Below are positions 55,672 through 64,000 of a DNA stretch of 64,000 bases, in pieces. Within the stretch, counting starts at the first letter, position 1; each line of letters begins with the position of its first letter. Location of the stretch: the NCBI RefSeq assembly GCF_017854565.1, contig NZ_JAFMHJ010000010.1, positions 9,307 to 73,306 on the forward strand, in the 5' to 3' direction. The notes under the pieces were generated by a model. The model saw only the letters and a list, made by a program, of their open reading frames with translations. It ran no database searches and had not been told where the DNA came from. Made by a program: the position numbers and the translations under genes. The stretch comes from Yoonia sp. GTDB lineage: Bacteria > Pseudomonadota > Alphaproteobacteria > Rhodobacterales > Rhodobacteraceae.

Positions 55672-57105
55672 TCACTGAACGGGCTGCGCTGTGTCCATGA
55701 CGCGGACAAGAGCCATGCGTTCGGCATAGAATACAGGTTGCGCGCCCCCCTGCTGTTTGGCGCGATACATGGCCATATCGGCCCGTGCGAGTAGTTGCGC
55801 CCAACCAAGGTTCTTTTCTGCCATGGCAACGCCGATTGCGGGGCGTATGATGTGGCTGTAGTTCCCAATGTGTATGGGCGGTGTCGTGTGCCGGATGATC
55901 CGGTTCGCCACATGCTCGGCTGCCTGACAGGGGGCGTCATCCAAGAGCAGGCACACAAATTCGTCGCCGCCGATCCGGGCGACATAGTCATTGCCGCGCA
56001 CAGCCGCGCGCAAGCGTTCGGCGACAACTTGAAGCGCCATATCCCCGGCGTCATGGCCCATGTTATCGTTGAGCTTCTTGAACCCGTTGAGGTCCAGGTA
56101 AATCACGGCGGCGTGGCCTTCGGCCAATGCATCGGCGACCCGTGGCAACCGTAGAATATCGTCCAGCCCCGCGCGATTGACCAAACCTGTCAGCGTATCG
56201 GTACGCGCCAGTGACTTTTCGCGGAGCAATGCCGCCGTTTGCCGTGCCGACGCTCTGCCGACGACTGTCGTCGCAACCAACGTCAGCAAGGACAGAAGGC
56301 CAATGATTGGCAGGGCCGATGACAATAGCCGCCGACCCGGTCGCGGGGCATCCCAGCTGAGGTGGCCAATAGCCGTCCCCGCAGGGCCGTCAATCTCCAA
56401 AACAGCCTTCCCGTGTATGACGGAAGTATCCGCCGTTTGAAGCTGGACATTTGTGATCATGAGCAGCGCGCCAATCGCGCTCAGACGATCCGGGTTAAGC
56501 CACTTGCCGCCAACCATCATCGGCAGTTGCGTGGCCTGAAATCCTGTGGTGTCGGTGCTTTGGATGCGCCCAGCCGCCAGTACGGCGAGTTGCCCGCCAA
56601 TCCGTGCATAATGCGATATCGTTGTGTAGGGTTCCATGGGCTGCGCCGATAACGTCAGCCGCAGTCGATCGGTCAGTGCGGTGTCAACGATGGAGGTGTC
56701 GGACGCTTCGCCATCCGTCTGGTACGCATAGATGGGCTGGCCATCGGACCCAAGGACATAGATAAAGTCGAAGGTTGCGCCGTCCGTGGCGCCGGTGCCG
56801 AAATTTGTGAAAAATGCGTCGTCATCGCGGGCGATGAGCAGATCAGAAGCAAGGTCCCAATAAGCGTAGTCTTGGGTGCTGATTGCCACACTCAGCAGTT
56901 CTGCCTGAACGGCGCTGTCCATCAGGCTGACCGCGTTTTCCGACGCAATGACATCAACCTTGCGCGCCATCCAGAATGTCATCGCCAGAATGACCAGGAT
57001 TGCGGTCACGCCATTCCCGACAGAGGCCCAAAAAATGCGCCGTGGCAGGCGATGCACTTCGTCCTGATCGGGTGGTGATGATGTCATCTCGTTTTTCATG
57101 TGCAC
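55672..57105 (-). CDS. membrane-bound diguanylate cyclase: CHASE4-like periplasmic sensor plus GGDEF domain with an intact I-site
   Basis: 477 aa. TM, a periplasmic domain with QDYAYWDLASD (CHASE4-like), a second TM, then a GGDEF domain. RGNDYVARIGGDEF carries RxxD at canonical spacing. Confidence 0.85.
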   Translation of the reverse strand: MHMKNEMTSSPPDQDEVHRLPRRIFWASVGNGVTAILVILAMTFWMARKVDVIASENAVSLMDSAVQAELLSVAISTQDYAYWDLASDLLIARDDDAFFTNFGTGATDGATFDFIYVLGSDGQPIYAYQTDGEASDTSIVDTALTDRLRLTLSAQPMEPYTTISHYARIGGQLAVLAAGRIQSTDTTGFQATQLPMMVGGKWLNPDRLSAIGALLMITNVQLQTADTSVIHGKAVLEIDGPAGTAIGHLSWDAPRPGRRLLSSALPIIGLLSLLTLVATTVVGRASARQTAALLREKSLARTDTLTGLVNRAGLDDILRLPRVADALAEGHAAVIYLDLNGFKKLNDNMGHDAGDMALQVVAERLRAAVRGNDYVARIGGDEFVCLLLDDAPCQAAEHVANRIIRHTTPPIHIGNYSHIIRPAIGVAMAEKNLGWAQLLARADMAMYRAKQQGGAQPVFYAERMALVRVMDTAQPVQ

Positions 57106-57200
57106 TGGATAGCCGCACTTCGTTAACGATTGTTTCGCAGCAAATGGTTTTTTGTGATAAGTTCAGGCGTGCCAGAACGCCGCGAAGTTGTCTTGTTGCC

Positions 57201-57228
57201 TTGACCTTCGCATGTGCTACGCATAATC
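57201..57228 (+). promoter_or_regulatory. candidate promoter for nuoB and downstream genes
   Basis: TTGACC (57201-57206), a 15-16 nt spacer, then CATAAT/ATAATC. Lies about 60 nt upstream of nuoB in the divergent gap with the GGDEF gene. Confidence 0.3.
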
Positions 57229-57237
57229 CAGCTATGA

Positions 57238-58430
<1,193 letters not shown>

Positions 58431-59324
58431 ATGCCTGATCCGACGCTTCTTTACTGCGTTGGTGCGACCAAGGCGGGGACGTCTTGGCTGTACCGCTATT
58501 TGCATGACCATCCGGCGTGCAGGCTGCCTGCGGTGAAAGAGGCGCATTATTGGGATACTTTCACGCCCGATGCCCGCGACAAGCAGATGACCGCGTTTCG
58601 GTTGCGCCTGCGCGAGTTGTGCGCGCTCAAGGTTGAAGCCGGGGATGCAAATAGGGGTTGGCAGGTTGGCAATGTCGAACGGCGGATTGTGGACATGAAG
58701 GGGTTGATGGCGGCTCTGGACGGTGACCGCGCCGGCGATATGGCCTATGTGGCATGGTTGTTGCACGATGTGGGGGACGCCCATGTCGTCGCCGATATGA
58801 CGCCAAATTATGCGACGCTGCCCGATGACATGCTTGCCCGGATGGTGCAGTTGTCGCCTGCGACAAAGTTTGTCTATCTGATCCGCGATCCGCTGGATCG
58901 GCTGTGGTCGCATATCCGTATGCAGGCCCGCCGTTTTCGGCAGGACCACGAAGAATATGAGAAGAAGGCGAACAACATTCTTTATCGGCTGCTGAACCGG
59001 GGCCAAGAGACGCATATCTTGGAGCGTGGCGACTATCCCGCGACCATCGCCAAGCTGCGGCGTGTAGTGCCCGATGGGCGGTTGCTGGTCCAATTTGCAG
59101 AGGATTTGTTTACACCTCAAGGTGTGGCATCGCTGTGCGCGTTTCTGGGGATTGCCCCGGTGGCACCTGCGGCGGAAAAACCCGTCCAGGCTGGGCCAAA
59201 GGTAGTTATGCTGGATAAACTGCGCCCCAAGGCGTTGAAGATGTTGGACGAACACTACGAATGGGTGGCCCGCAACGTGGGCCCGCTGCCGCAACGGTGG
59301 CACGATAATCAAGCGAGGGCGTAG
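58431..59324 (+). CDS. sulfotransferase family protein inserted between nuoC and nuoD
   Basis: The ATG immediately follows the nuoC stop, and nuoD starts 3 nt after this gene's stop. A 5'-PSB-like loop GATKAGTSWL and a 3'-PB-like YLIRDPLDRLWSH. Confidence 0.75.
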   Translation: MPDPTLLYCVGATKAGTSWLYRYLHDHPACRLPAVKEAHYWDTFTPDARDKQMTAFRLRLRELCALKVEAGDANRGWQVGNVERRIVDMKGLMAALDGDRAGDMAYVAWLLHDVGDAHVVADMTPNYATLPDDMLARMVQLSPATKFVYLIRDPLDRLWSHIRMQARRFRQDHEEYEKKANNILYRLLNRGQETHILERGDYPATIAKLRRVVPDGRLLVQFAEDLFTPQGVASLCAFLGIAPVAPAAEKPVQAGPKVVMLDKLRPKALKMLDEHYEWVARNVGPLPQRWHDNQARA

Positions 59325-59327
59325 GCC

Positions 59328-60566
59328 ATGATGGACGGCGATATCCGGGTGAATACCTATGATGATGGGTCAACTGACGCCGCGACCGGCGAGCAGAAGA
59401 TCCGCAACTTCAACATCAACTTCGGCCCGCAGCACCCTGCGGCGCACGGTGTGTTGCGTCTGGTGCTGGAACTGGATGGCGAAATCGTCGAGCGTTGCGA
59501 TCCGCATATCGGGCTGCTGCACCGTGGCACCGAAAAGCTGATGGAAAGCCGGACGTACCTGCAGAACCTGCCGTATTTTGACCGGCTGGATTATGTGGCG
59601 CCGATGAATCAGGAACATGCGTGGTGTCTGGCCATCGAGAAGCTGACCGGGACCGAAGTTCCGCGTCGGGCGTCGCTGATCCGGGTGCTTTATTCCGAGA
59701 TTGGCCGCGTGCTGAACCACCTGTTGAATGTCACGACGCAGGCGATGGACGTGGGCGCGCTGACGCCGCCGCTGTGGGGCTTTGAAGAGCGCGAAAAGCT
59801 GATGGTGTTCTACGAACGCGCCTGCGGTGCGCGTCTGCACGCCGCGTATTTCCGTCCCGGTGGTGTGCATCAGGACCTGCCGGACGCATTGATCGAAGAT
59901 ATCGACACATGGGCCGTGGAATTTCCGCGTGTGCTGGCCGATATTGATGGGTTGCTGACCGAAAACCGGATTTTCAAGCAGCGTAACGCCGATATTGGCG
60001 TCGTGACCGAAGAAGATATTCAGGAATGGGGTTTTTCGGGTGTCATGGTGCGCGGCTCTGGCCTTGCGTGGGATTTGCGCCGGGCGCAGCCTTATGAATG
60101 CTATGATGAGTTCGAATTTCAGATCCCCGTGGGCAAGAATGGCGATTGCTATGACCGCTACCTTTGCCGCATGGAAGAGATGCGCCAATCAACCCATATC
60201 ATCCGTCAGGCCTGCGAAAAGCTGCGGCATGAAAAGGGTCCGGTGATGGCGCGCGGCAAGATGACGCCGCCGACGCGCGGTGAGATGAAAACCTCGATGG
60301 AGGCGCTTATTCACCACTTTAAGCTCTACACCGAAGGGTTCCACGTACCCGCAGGCGGAGTTTACGCCGCGGTCGAGGCACCCAAAGGCGAGTTTGGCGT
60401 GTACCTTGTGGCGGATGGCACCAACAAACCGTACCGCGCCAAGCTGCGCGCGCCGGGGTATCTGCATCTGCAGGCGATGGACTATATCTGCAAGGGTCAC
60501 CAATTGGCGGACGTCAGTGCCATTATCGGGACGATGGACGTCGTATTCGGCGAGATCGACAGATGA
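59328..60566 (+). CDS. nuoD: NADH-quinone oxidoreductase subunit D
   Basis: [29 protein letters not shown]. 412 aa. Confidence 0.96.
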   Translation: MMDGDIRVNTYDDGSTDAATGEQKIRNFNINFGPQHPAAHGVLRLVLELDGEIVERCDPHIGLLHRGTEKLMESRTYLQNLPYFDRLDYVAPMNQEHAWCLAIEKLTGTEVPRRASLIRVLYSEIGRVLNHLLNVTTQAMDVGALTPPLWGFEEREKLMVFYERACGARLHAAYFRPGGVHQDLPDALIEDIDTWAVEFPRVLADIDGLLTENRIFKQRNADIGVVTEEDIQEWGFSGVMVRGSGLAWDLRRAQPYECYDEFEFQIPVGKNGDCYDRYLCRMEEMRQSTHIIRQACEKLRHEKGPVMARGKMTPPTRGEMKTSMEALIHHFKLYTEGFHVPAGGVYAAVEAPKGEFGVYLVADGTNKPYRAKLRAPGYLHLQAMDYICKGHQLADVSAIIGTMDVVFGEIDR

Positions 60567-60760
60567 CCATCACAAACATCCTGATGGGATTTCTGATCAC
60601 GGGCGGCTTTTTCGTGGCTGCGGCCGTATCGCGGCTGTTTCGCAACGCGTCGGCCGGGATCGTGGTTGGCGGCGTGGCGGGTATCGCCGTGTCGGTTCTG
60701 GTGCTGCGGTACGGGCTGGCGGATTTGTTTGCCCCCGACGCGCTGACACTGACGGAATAG
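60563..60760 (+). CDS. 65-aa two-TM mini-protein (nuo-operon URF)
   Basis: ATGA overlap with the nuoD stop. Sequence [26 protein letters not shown]...[17 protein letters not shown]. Confidence 0.5.
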   Translation: MTITNILMGFLITGGFFVAAAVSRLFRNASAGIVVGGVAGIAVSVLVLRYGLADLFAPDALTLTE

Positions 60761-60768
60761 GTGCGCAG

Positions 60769-60927
60769 ATGATGACGATCACGATCAACTATTGGCTGCT
60801 TTTGCTTGGTGCTTTTGGGGGTGTCGGTGGCGCACTCGTGGCGCGGGGCAGCAACCGGCTGATCAAGGCCGCGATAGCCGGGGCTGCGGTTGTTTTTCTG
60901 GTGGACCTTGCGCGCGACCTCTTGTGA
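60769..60927 (+). CDS. 52-aa two-TM mini-protein (nuo-operon URF)
   Basis: C-terminal part of track ORF 60394..60927 from ATG 60769. Sequence MMTITINYWLLLLGAFGGVGGALVARGSNRLIKAAIAGAAVVFLVDLARDLL. Confidence 0.4.
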   Translation: MMTITINYWLLLLGAFGGVGGALVARGSNRLIKAAIAGAAVVFLVDLARDLL

Positions 60928-60976
60928 CCCGGTCTGTCACGACGATGACAATAAAATAAATAGAGAGAGTGTGTAG

Positions 60977-61261
60977 ATGATGCGTCCTTTGATCCTTCTC
61001 GCGTTTGTATCGGTTTCCGCCTGTGCGACGGGTGGGCCGATGTCCATCCCGTCCGCCCAGATGTCCGCAAAGGACCGCTTCGTGCTGGCCCTTGAAAATA
61101 ACGGCTGCATTCTGAACCAAGCGAACACGGCCAAGGTTTTGGACGAAGCGACGGTCAGCGCCGATGAGGTCACACAGATCATCACGACGCTGTCCAACGA
61201 AGGCAAAGCCGAAATTGCTGATGGCGCGTCGATCCGCATTTTGACGGAACGGTGCAGCTGA
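60977..61261 (+). CDS. 94-aa lipoprotein (nuo-operon URF)
   Basis: GAGAGAG lies upstream. Lipobox FVSVSAC. The mature part is soluble. Confidence 0.55.
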   Translation: MMRPLILLAFVSVSACATGGPMSIPSAQMSAKDRFVLALENNGCILNQANTAKVLDEATVSADEVTQIITTLSNEGKAEIADGASIRILTERCS

Positions 61262-61386
61262 TGACGACTATTGGTTTGCCCGGGCTTCTGCTTGTGCTAG
61301 GGGCAGGCCTGAACCCTGGTGGGCTGATCCCCACTGCTTTGTTTGCGCTGACGACGGGCGCTGCCATGATGACCGGAATAAACTGA
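61261..61386 (+). CDS. unlisted 41-aa hydrophobic mini-ORF bridging the lipoprotein gene and nuoE
   Basis: TGATG overlaps at both ends (61259-61263 and 61384-61388). Sequence [41 protein letters not shown]. Confidence 0.35.
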   Translation: MTTIGLPGLLLVLGAGLNPGGLIPTALFALTTGAAMMTGIN

Positions 61387-62411
61387 TGCTACGCCGCCTT
61401 TATCACGACCAGCCAGAAACATTTGCCTTCACGTCCGACAACCAAAAGTGGGCCGATGCGCAGATCAAGAAATTTCCCGAGGGCCGTCAGGCTTCGGCGA
61501 TTATCCCGCTTTTGTGGCGCGCCCAAGAGCAAGAGGGCTGGCTGACCCGCCCCGCGATTGAACATGTGGCCCAAATGCTGAACCTTGCGTTTATTCGCGC
61601 GCTTGAGGTGGCATCGTTTTATTTCATGTTCCAGCTCCAGCCCGTCGGCGCGGTCGCCCATATTCAGGTTTGCGGCACGCTGTCGTGCATGATCTGCGGA
61701 GCCGAGGATCTGATCGGCGTGTGTCGCGACAAAATTGCCGATAAGCCGCATATGCTGTCTGCCGATGGCAAGTTTTCGTGGGAGGAGGTCGAATGTCTCG
61801 GCTCTTGCGCGAATGCGCCGATGGCCCAGATTGGCAAAGACTATTACGAAGATCTGACCGCCGCGCGTCTGGCCGAGATTATTGACGAACTTGCTGCGGG
61901 GCAGGTGCCTGTACCGGGCCCGCAAAATGGCCGTTTCGCGGCGGAGCCGTTGAAAGGGTTGACCAGTCTCAAAGCCTATGAGAGCGGCAAGACGCAGTAT
62001 AATGCCAGCGTGCAGTTGGCTGTCGATATCGGCGACACGGTCAAGCGGATCGACGGCACCGAAGTGCCGCTGCTGACGCCATGGATCGCCGGTGCCGCCA
62101 AAAAGCCAGCCACCAAGAAAGCCGCTGCGCCAACGGCGGTAGCCGTTGAAACCGTACCCATGGCCGAATCCAAGCCGCGGACAACGAAAGCCCCCCGCAA
62201 GGCCGGTGCCGATGACCTTAAGCTGATCAGTGGCGTCGGACCCAAGCTTGAGGGCGTGCTGAACGAATTGGGCTTCTGGCATTTCGATCAGATCGCCAAA
62301 TGGACCGAGGCCGAGGTTGTCTGGGTCGATAGCCGTTTGAAATTCAAAGGCCGTATCATGCGCGATAACTGGATGGCACAGGCCGCCGCGCTGGCCAAAA
62401 ACGAGGCTTGA
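61386..62411 (+). CDS. nuoE: NADH-quinone oxidoreductase subunit E with a ~170-aa C-terminal extension ending in an HhH-like domain
   Basis: The 2Fe-2S ligands are in [11 protein letters not shown]...[10 protein letters not shown]. The extension contains a Lys/Ala/Pro linker and then [31 protein letters not shown]. Confidence 0.92.
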   Translation: MLRRLYHDQPETFAFTSDNQKWADAQIKKFPEGRQASAIIPLLWRAQEQEGWLTRPAIEHVAQMLNLAFIRALEVASFYFMFQLQPVGAVAHIQVCGTLSCMICGAEDLIGVCRDKIADKPHMLSADGKFSWEEVECLGSCANAPMAQIGKDYYEDLTAARLAEIIDELAAGQVPVPGPQNGRFAAEPLKGLTSLKAYESGKTQYNASVQLAVDIGDTVKRIDGTEVPLLTPWIAGAAKKPATKKAAAPTAVAVETVPMAESKPRTTKAPRKAGADDLKLISGVGPKLEGVLNELGFWHFDQIAKWTEAEVVWVDSRLKFKGRIMRDNWMAQAAALAKNEA

Positions 62412-62589
62412 GGCCACAAATCGGGCGTTTTACCCAGCGCATTCCACTTAAGCTGGCCGAAATGAACAAATTATTTACGATTTGGCATCATTTCGGGTAC
62501 ACCCATTCTCATGAAGCGGGATCGGGCGTTTATTTTGCCCTTCGCCGCGATGCTGCATGCGTTAGCGCGCCACCTAGGGGAGAATGTAC

Positions 62590-63174
62590 ATGATGAAGGA
62601 TACTGCGCCAAAAGAACTGGGTGTCATTGTCGTTGCCGGCCTGTTTGGCGTCATTGCCGCTGGCGTCGCGATTGTTTTGTATCACTTTGGCTTTATCGGC
62701 GGGATATTCGTTGGCGCGATTGTGGCCGTGCTGGCCGCCGTGGTGCTGGCCCTTGGTTGGCGCGCGCCGCAGCCCGGACCGCATGGTGTGGCAAAACCTG
62801 CGCCAGCACCCGCAGCAACTGCATTGACAGAACCCGCAGCGACCGTTGTGACAGCACCGGCGCCGGCACCGGCATCTGCCCCGACGGGTGGCAAGCCTGT
62901 ATTCCTGGATGCAGCCCGTGCCGGTGGGCCTGATGACCTCAAGCAGATCAAGGGCGTGGGGCCAAAGCTGGAAACGACGTTGCGCGACATGGGGATCTAT
63001 CATTTCGATCAGATTGCCGGATGGGGTGCGGCGGAACAGCAGTGGATGGATGACAATCTCGTGGGCTTCAAGGGGCGCGCGACCCGTGATGGCTGGGTGG
63101 CGCAAGCAAAACTGCTTGCCGCTGGCGAGGCCACCGCATTTTCCGACAAAGTAAAGAAGGGTGGCGTTTATTAA
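62590..63174 (+). CDS. membrane-anchored protein carrying a paralogue of the NuoE C-terminal HhH-like domain
   Basis: ORF 62584..63174. ATG 62590 lies 7 nt after AGGGGAG. It has two TM helices, an Ala/Pro linker, then DDLKQIKGVGPKLETTLRDMGIYHFDQIAGW. Confidence 0.65.
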   Translation: MMKDTAPKELGVIVVAGLFGVIAAGVAIVLYHFGFIGGIFVGAIVAVLAAVVLALGWRAPQPGPHGVAKPAPAPAATALTEPAATVVTAPAPAPASAPTGGKPVFLDAARAGGPDDLKQIKGVGPKLETTLRDMGIYHFDQIAGWGAAEQQWMDDNLVGFKGRATRDGWVAQAKLLAAGEATAFSDKVKKGGVY

Positions 63175-63186
63175 CGCCGTTGAACC

Positions 63187-63417
63187 ATGGCCCAGACCCC
63201 ACAGACCGCCCAATCAAAAGCAGGACAACGTACCGCGTTGATCATGGCCGGAACTGGTGTCATGTGGATCTGTGCAACATGGGCGGGGGCAAAATATGGC
63301 TGGTCGACACGCACCAGTGGGCTTTTTGACCTTGCAGCGCTGGCCGGTTTCGGCTTTGCGCTGTGGCAGACATTTAAACTCTGGCGAACGCGTCAGAACG
63401 ACAAGGGCGGTAGCTGA
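63187..63417 (+). CDS. 76-aa two-TM protein (DUF5337-like nuo-operon URF)
   Basis: Sequence [39 protein letters not shown]...[18 protein letters not shown]. The stop overlaps the nuoF ATG (TGATG). Confidence 0.6.
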   Translation: MAQTPQTAQSKAGQRTALIMAGTGVMWICATWAGAKYGWSTRTSGLFDLAALAGFGFALWQTFKLWRTRQNDKGGS

Positions 63418-64000
63418 TGCTCAAAGACGAAAACCGGATTTTCACGAACCTTTACGGGATGCACGACCGCACGCTGGCGGGCGCGCAGGCGCGCGGCCAT
63501 TGGGATGGTACTGCGGGTATCATCAAAAAGGGGCGTAACTGGATCATCAATGAGATGAAAGCATCCGGGTTGCGGGGCCGGGGCGGTGCGGGGTTCCCGA
63601 CGGGCCTGAAATGGTCTTTCATGCCCAAGGAAAGCGACGGTCGCCCATCTTATCTGGTGGTGAATGCGGATGAATCCGAACCGGGCACCTGTAAAGACCG
63701 CGAAATCATGCGCCATGATCCGCATACGCTGATCGAAGGGTGCCTGATCGCGAGCTTCGCCATGAACGCGAACGCCTGCTATATCTACATTCGCGGCGAA
63801 TATATCCGCGAAAAAGAAGCCCTGCAGGCGGCGATTGATGAATGCTATGCGGCTGGAATGGTTGGCAAAAACGCCTGCAAATCCGGCTGGGACTTTGACA
63901 TCTATCTGACCCATGGTGCGGGCGCGTATATTTGTGGCGAAGAAACGGCGCTGCTGGAAAGCCTTGAAGGCAAAAAAGGCATGCCGCGCATGAAGCCGCC
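63417..64000 (+). CDS. nuoF: NADH-quinone oxidoreductase subunit F, 5' part (continues past the window)
   Basis: Missing from the ORF track because there is no stop in the window. Sequence [14 protein letters not shown]...[18 protein letters not shown]...[15 protein letters not shown]...[19 protein letters not shown]. Confidence 0.93.
   Translation, partial: MLKDENRIFTNLYGMHDRTLAGAQARGHWDGTAGIIKKGRNWIINEMKASGLRGRGGAGFPTGLKWSFMPKESDGRPSYLVVNADESEPGTCKDREIMRHDPHTLIEGCLIASFAMNANACYIYIRGEYIREKEALQAAIDECYAAGMVGKNACKSGWDFDIYLTHGAGAYICGEETALLESLEGKKGMPRMKP

Overview
The window is a high-GC alphaproteobacterial chromosome segment. The complex I operon full of small URFs, the extended NuoE and the TRAP and liu genes suggest Rhodobacteraceae, but I infer that from gene content only. 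It is densely coding, with many ATGA/GTGA/TGATG stop-start overlaps. I found no rRNA, tRNA, CRISPR array, transposase or integrase. Main blocks, in order:

- **1-4.6 kb:** envelope genes and orphan binding proteins.
- **4.7-6.9 kb:** a tupBCA-type tungstate ABC transporter.
- **6.9-19.4 kb:** a Tat-exported, Cys-type (not Sec) formate dehydrogenase with two wings of mostly uncharacterised accessory genes. These are a small DUF protein, Mrp/ApbC, a biotin/lipoate-ligase-fold protein, a His-tailed protein, a periplasmic CxxCH protein, a 655-aa polyferredoxin, DUF3305, DUF3306, a TorD-like chaperone and a 61-aa Tat peptide.
- **19.8-24.9 kb:** a Gfo/Idh/MocA oxidoreductase, then PqiC-like, PqiB and two half-size PqiA genes.
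- **25-28.7 kb:** an FAH-family hydrolase and a TRAP transporter.
- **28.7-47 kb:** housekeeping genes (pgm, kynU, pntAB, moaA, glmS, glmU and others).
- **46.5-54.8 kb:** the leucine-catabolism operon (ivd, mccB, mccA, GST, HMG-CoA lyase, hydratase).
- **55.2-64 kb:** the start of the nuo (complex I) operon.

The best candidates for undescribed biology are:

1. The FDH accessory supercluster, treated as one unit.
2. A ~0.92 kb low-GC orphan gene wedged into ivd-mccB and translationally coupled to both neighbours, bracketed by an imperfect 12-nt direct repeat.
3. The mosaic nuo operon. It holds a reverse-oriented CHASE4-GGDEF gene between nuoA and nuoB, a sulfotransferase between nuoC and nuoD, four chained mini-ORFs between nuoD and nuoE, and a duplicated HhH-like domain.

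All family assignments come from motifs read by eye and from memory. No database search was run.
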